From the NCBI RefSeq assembly GCF_009914755.1, contig NC_060929.1: DNA of 64,000 nucleotides. One strand, written 5' to 3'. Shown piece by piece: positions 61,780-64,000 of the stretch. The position numbers and the translations under genes were made by a program. Each line of letters starts with the position of its first letter. The first letter of the stretch is position 1. The notes below the pieces were generated by a model. It made no database searches. It saw only the letters and a program-made list of their open reading frames with translations, and was not told where the DNA came from. This stretch comes from the human T2T-CHM13v2.0 reference genome, Homo sapiens.

Positions 61780-62005
61780 AAAGGATGGGCTTTGGCATCA
61801 GAAACAACTGGCTTCTAACTCAGCTATTCCACTTAATTAGTTTTGTGACCTTGACATCAAACTTTTTTGAGACTTGGCACCTTCATATACAGAATGGAAA
61901 ATGTAGTTGCTTGGAAGATTATTGGAGCATTAACTGTGATAATGTATGTTAAAGTACTTAGTATAGTACCTTACATAAAGTAAACATATTAAAACGTTAG
62001 CCAAT
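61780..62005 (+). mobile_element. MIR
   Basis: atgggctttggcatcaga…ccacttaattagttttgtgaccttga…aatgtatgttaaagtacttagtatagtacct. Confidence 0.75.
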
Positions 62006-64000
62006 ATATCTGTAAATATTGGGAGGATGGGAGTAACGGTGTCACAAGTTTGTTCTGTCTCAGCAAAGTCTGAAGTTTAAGAAATTGGCCACGGCTTTAG
62101 GTGCCCATTCAGGAATACTTTGAATATAAGCGCTTGTTAAAATTATTGGAGTGTTGATTTTGCTCAGAGAAAATGTATGGGGTGAGATACGCAGAGAGGT
62201 CTGGGAATTAGGTTTATTATCAACGTGTCAATGAGAGACACCCCTGAAGTAAGCCAGAAAGAAATAGATATATAAGGATAAAGAAGTATTTTAAAAGTTT
62301 AAATCTAATTATAACACAGATATTCTAAATATATTTTTCATATGGGAAGATTTTTTAAAAAATATTACTGTTTCTTTCCTTCACTCTGTAATTTATTTCA
62401 GTCTTTGACAAGTAGGTGGTTTTGTGGGAGACTAGGAACAACTGTGAGAAGGAGCAAACATTTCAATCACCAACAAATATCTTTGATACAAATATTATTT
62501 TTGCTCTTGCACTTCAGAGGCCCAATAATGTCCTTACTAAATCAATGATAATTATCCTTTCACACCTGATATGCATCTTCAGCGCCATTCAGGTGTTTTT
62601 ATTTAAATTTTTAAAATGAGCATCTTTTTAATCAGCAAAAATTTCATTTTCAAAATTCAAAATTTTCTCTTAAAATATATATTCCCCAGCCAAGTGCTCT
62701 ACAGCCAGTGATGAATTTAAGTTTTGCATGCCTAACTTTTTTCCTTAGTTTAGATAACTGCTTTTCAAGGTTTCCCCAGGTAGATATCTAGTGGTTTGAA
62801 ATGCATTTTAACTTTTGATAGAATCTGGACTTAATGCCACAGTAAACGGAATGTAACCAATAGAATCAATACAAAAAGATCTGGAATCTTTTCTATGTTC
62901 TGACAATATCCCAATGTGCTGTGCTGCTAGCTCACTGGCTGGAGAAGAGTACAAAGAAAGTAAGGAGAAAACTGTATTGATCATATTCTCTACAGGCCAG
63001 AACACAGTGCTGGCCACATAGTTGAGATTCAGTGAAGATGCCTTACAGCCACCTGTTTTGTGAAATCACCAAGAAGGTTTAAAATGCAAACTATGCAGAA
63101 TGTTGATGTGAAAGTCATATTACAATTAAAAAAGACACACCTTTTCATTGCTAAATAATTGATACAAACATTGAGTACCTTACTGCTAATTGCATAGCAA
63201 AATATTTTCACTTAACTATCAAGAACTTGCAAAATAAGAGTTTGTACATATTTGGAATATAGAGTTATTTTAGAAAACACAGGAAAACTAGGTCATGGTT
63301 TCTTTTCTTTGTTTATTCAGTGTTTTTAATTATTTGAAAAGCTCTCTGTCGGAATATATTCTTTTCTTTTAGGAGCACATAATTGGCAAGTTTTTTAAAA
63401 TAATAATCATAATGTATAATATTGTAACAGTCATTTGATTAAATCAAGATGTATTACATTATACCAGAATTTCATCATCTGTCTTGGAAAATCTTTTTAA
63501 TTGACCAAATAGCCAACATTATAGCACATGGTTATTTTCTAAATCAAACAAAGCCACCGGGAGGAAATAAACTTCCCTTAGAAATAACCACTCTATATAA
63601 GACATGCAACAGTCCTCTTTAGCTTTGTTTTGAACCAAAGGACATGACCCTCCATTAACTCTGCCCTCACCATTTCCCCATGAGATAGACTAGACAGCAT
63701 GACTATCAGATGTTTTAGTGAATAATCCTTGACCTTCAACAACTGAACACAAAGTGTTTTTGTTGTGTCTATTGCACTTTATAATTGCAAAATTCTTCAT
63801 TCATTAGCTAAACCTCTTTTCCTCTGGAATAGGTGAGTGTTCAGCATCAGTACCACTTCTGCTGTGCCAGTTAGGAAAGTGAGAAACAGGGTCAAATGGC
63901 CTTTTTTCATGTCTTATATTTGACAGCCAGGATGCTGATTTTCAAAGAGCACAGTGGGAAAATAAAATAACTGACTAATTTATAATAATTATAGAGGAGA

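Overview
AT-rich, CpG-poor, repeat-dense primate genomic DNA. It is almost certainly human, because it carries an AluYa5 with all five diagnostic substitutions at 26202-26503. I found no host protein-coding exon, RNA gene, CpG island or CRISPR-like array. The supplied ORFs are decayed L1 ORF2, MaLR-internal, Alu or microsatellite translations, or short ORFs with no recognisable protein. The window holds about 12 Alus, several L1 fragments of different ages (including a 2.95-kb 5'-truncated L1PA3/4-like copy with a broken ORF2), nine THE1/MST-type MaLR LTRs, MLT1/MLT2 LTRs, a Tigger3 element, and L2/MIR/L3 relics. Subfamily names come from recalled consensus sequences and need RepeatMasker/Dfam confirmation. 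I see no convincing new biological system. The notable signals are insertion and repair scars: (1) two different THE1 solo LTRs in tandem sharing an apparently triplicated 5-bp target site, within a three-level nest; (2) a ~100-bp templated insertion copied from the nearby flank into a THE1 internal region; (3) a very young AluYa5; (4) a gap-free 69-bp dispersed duplication; (5) several small tandem duplications and palindromes.
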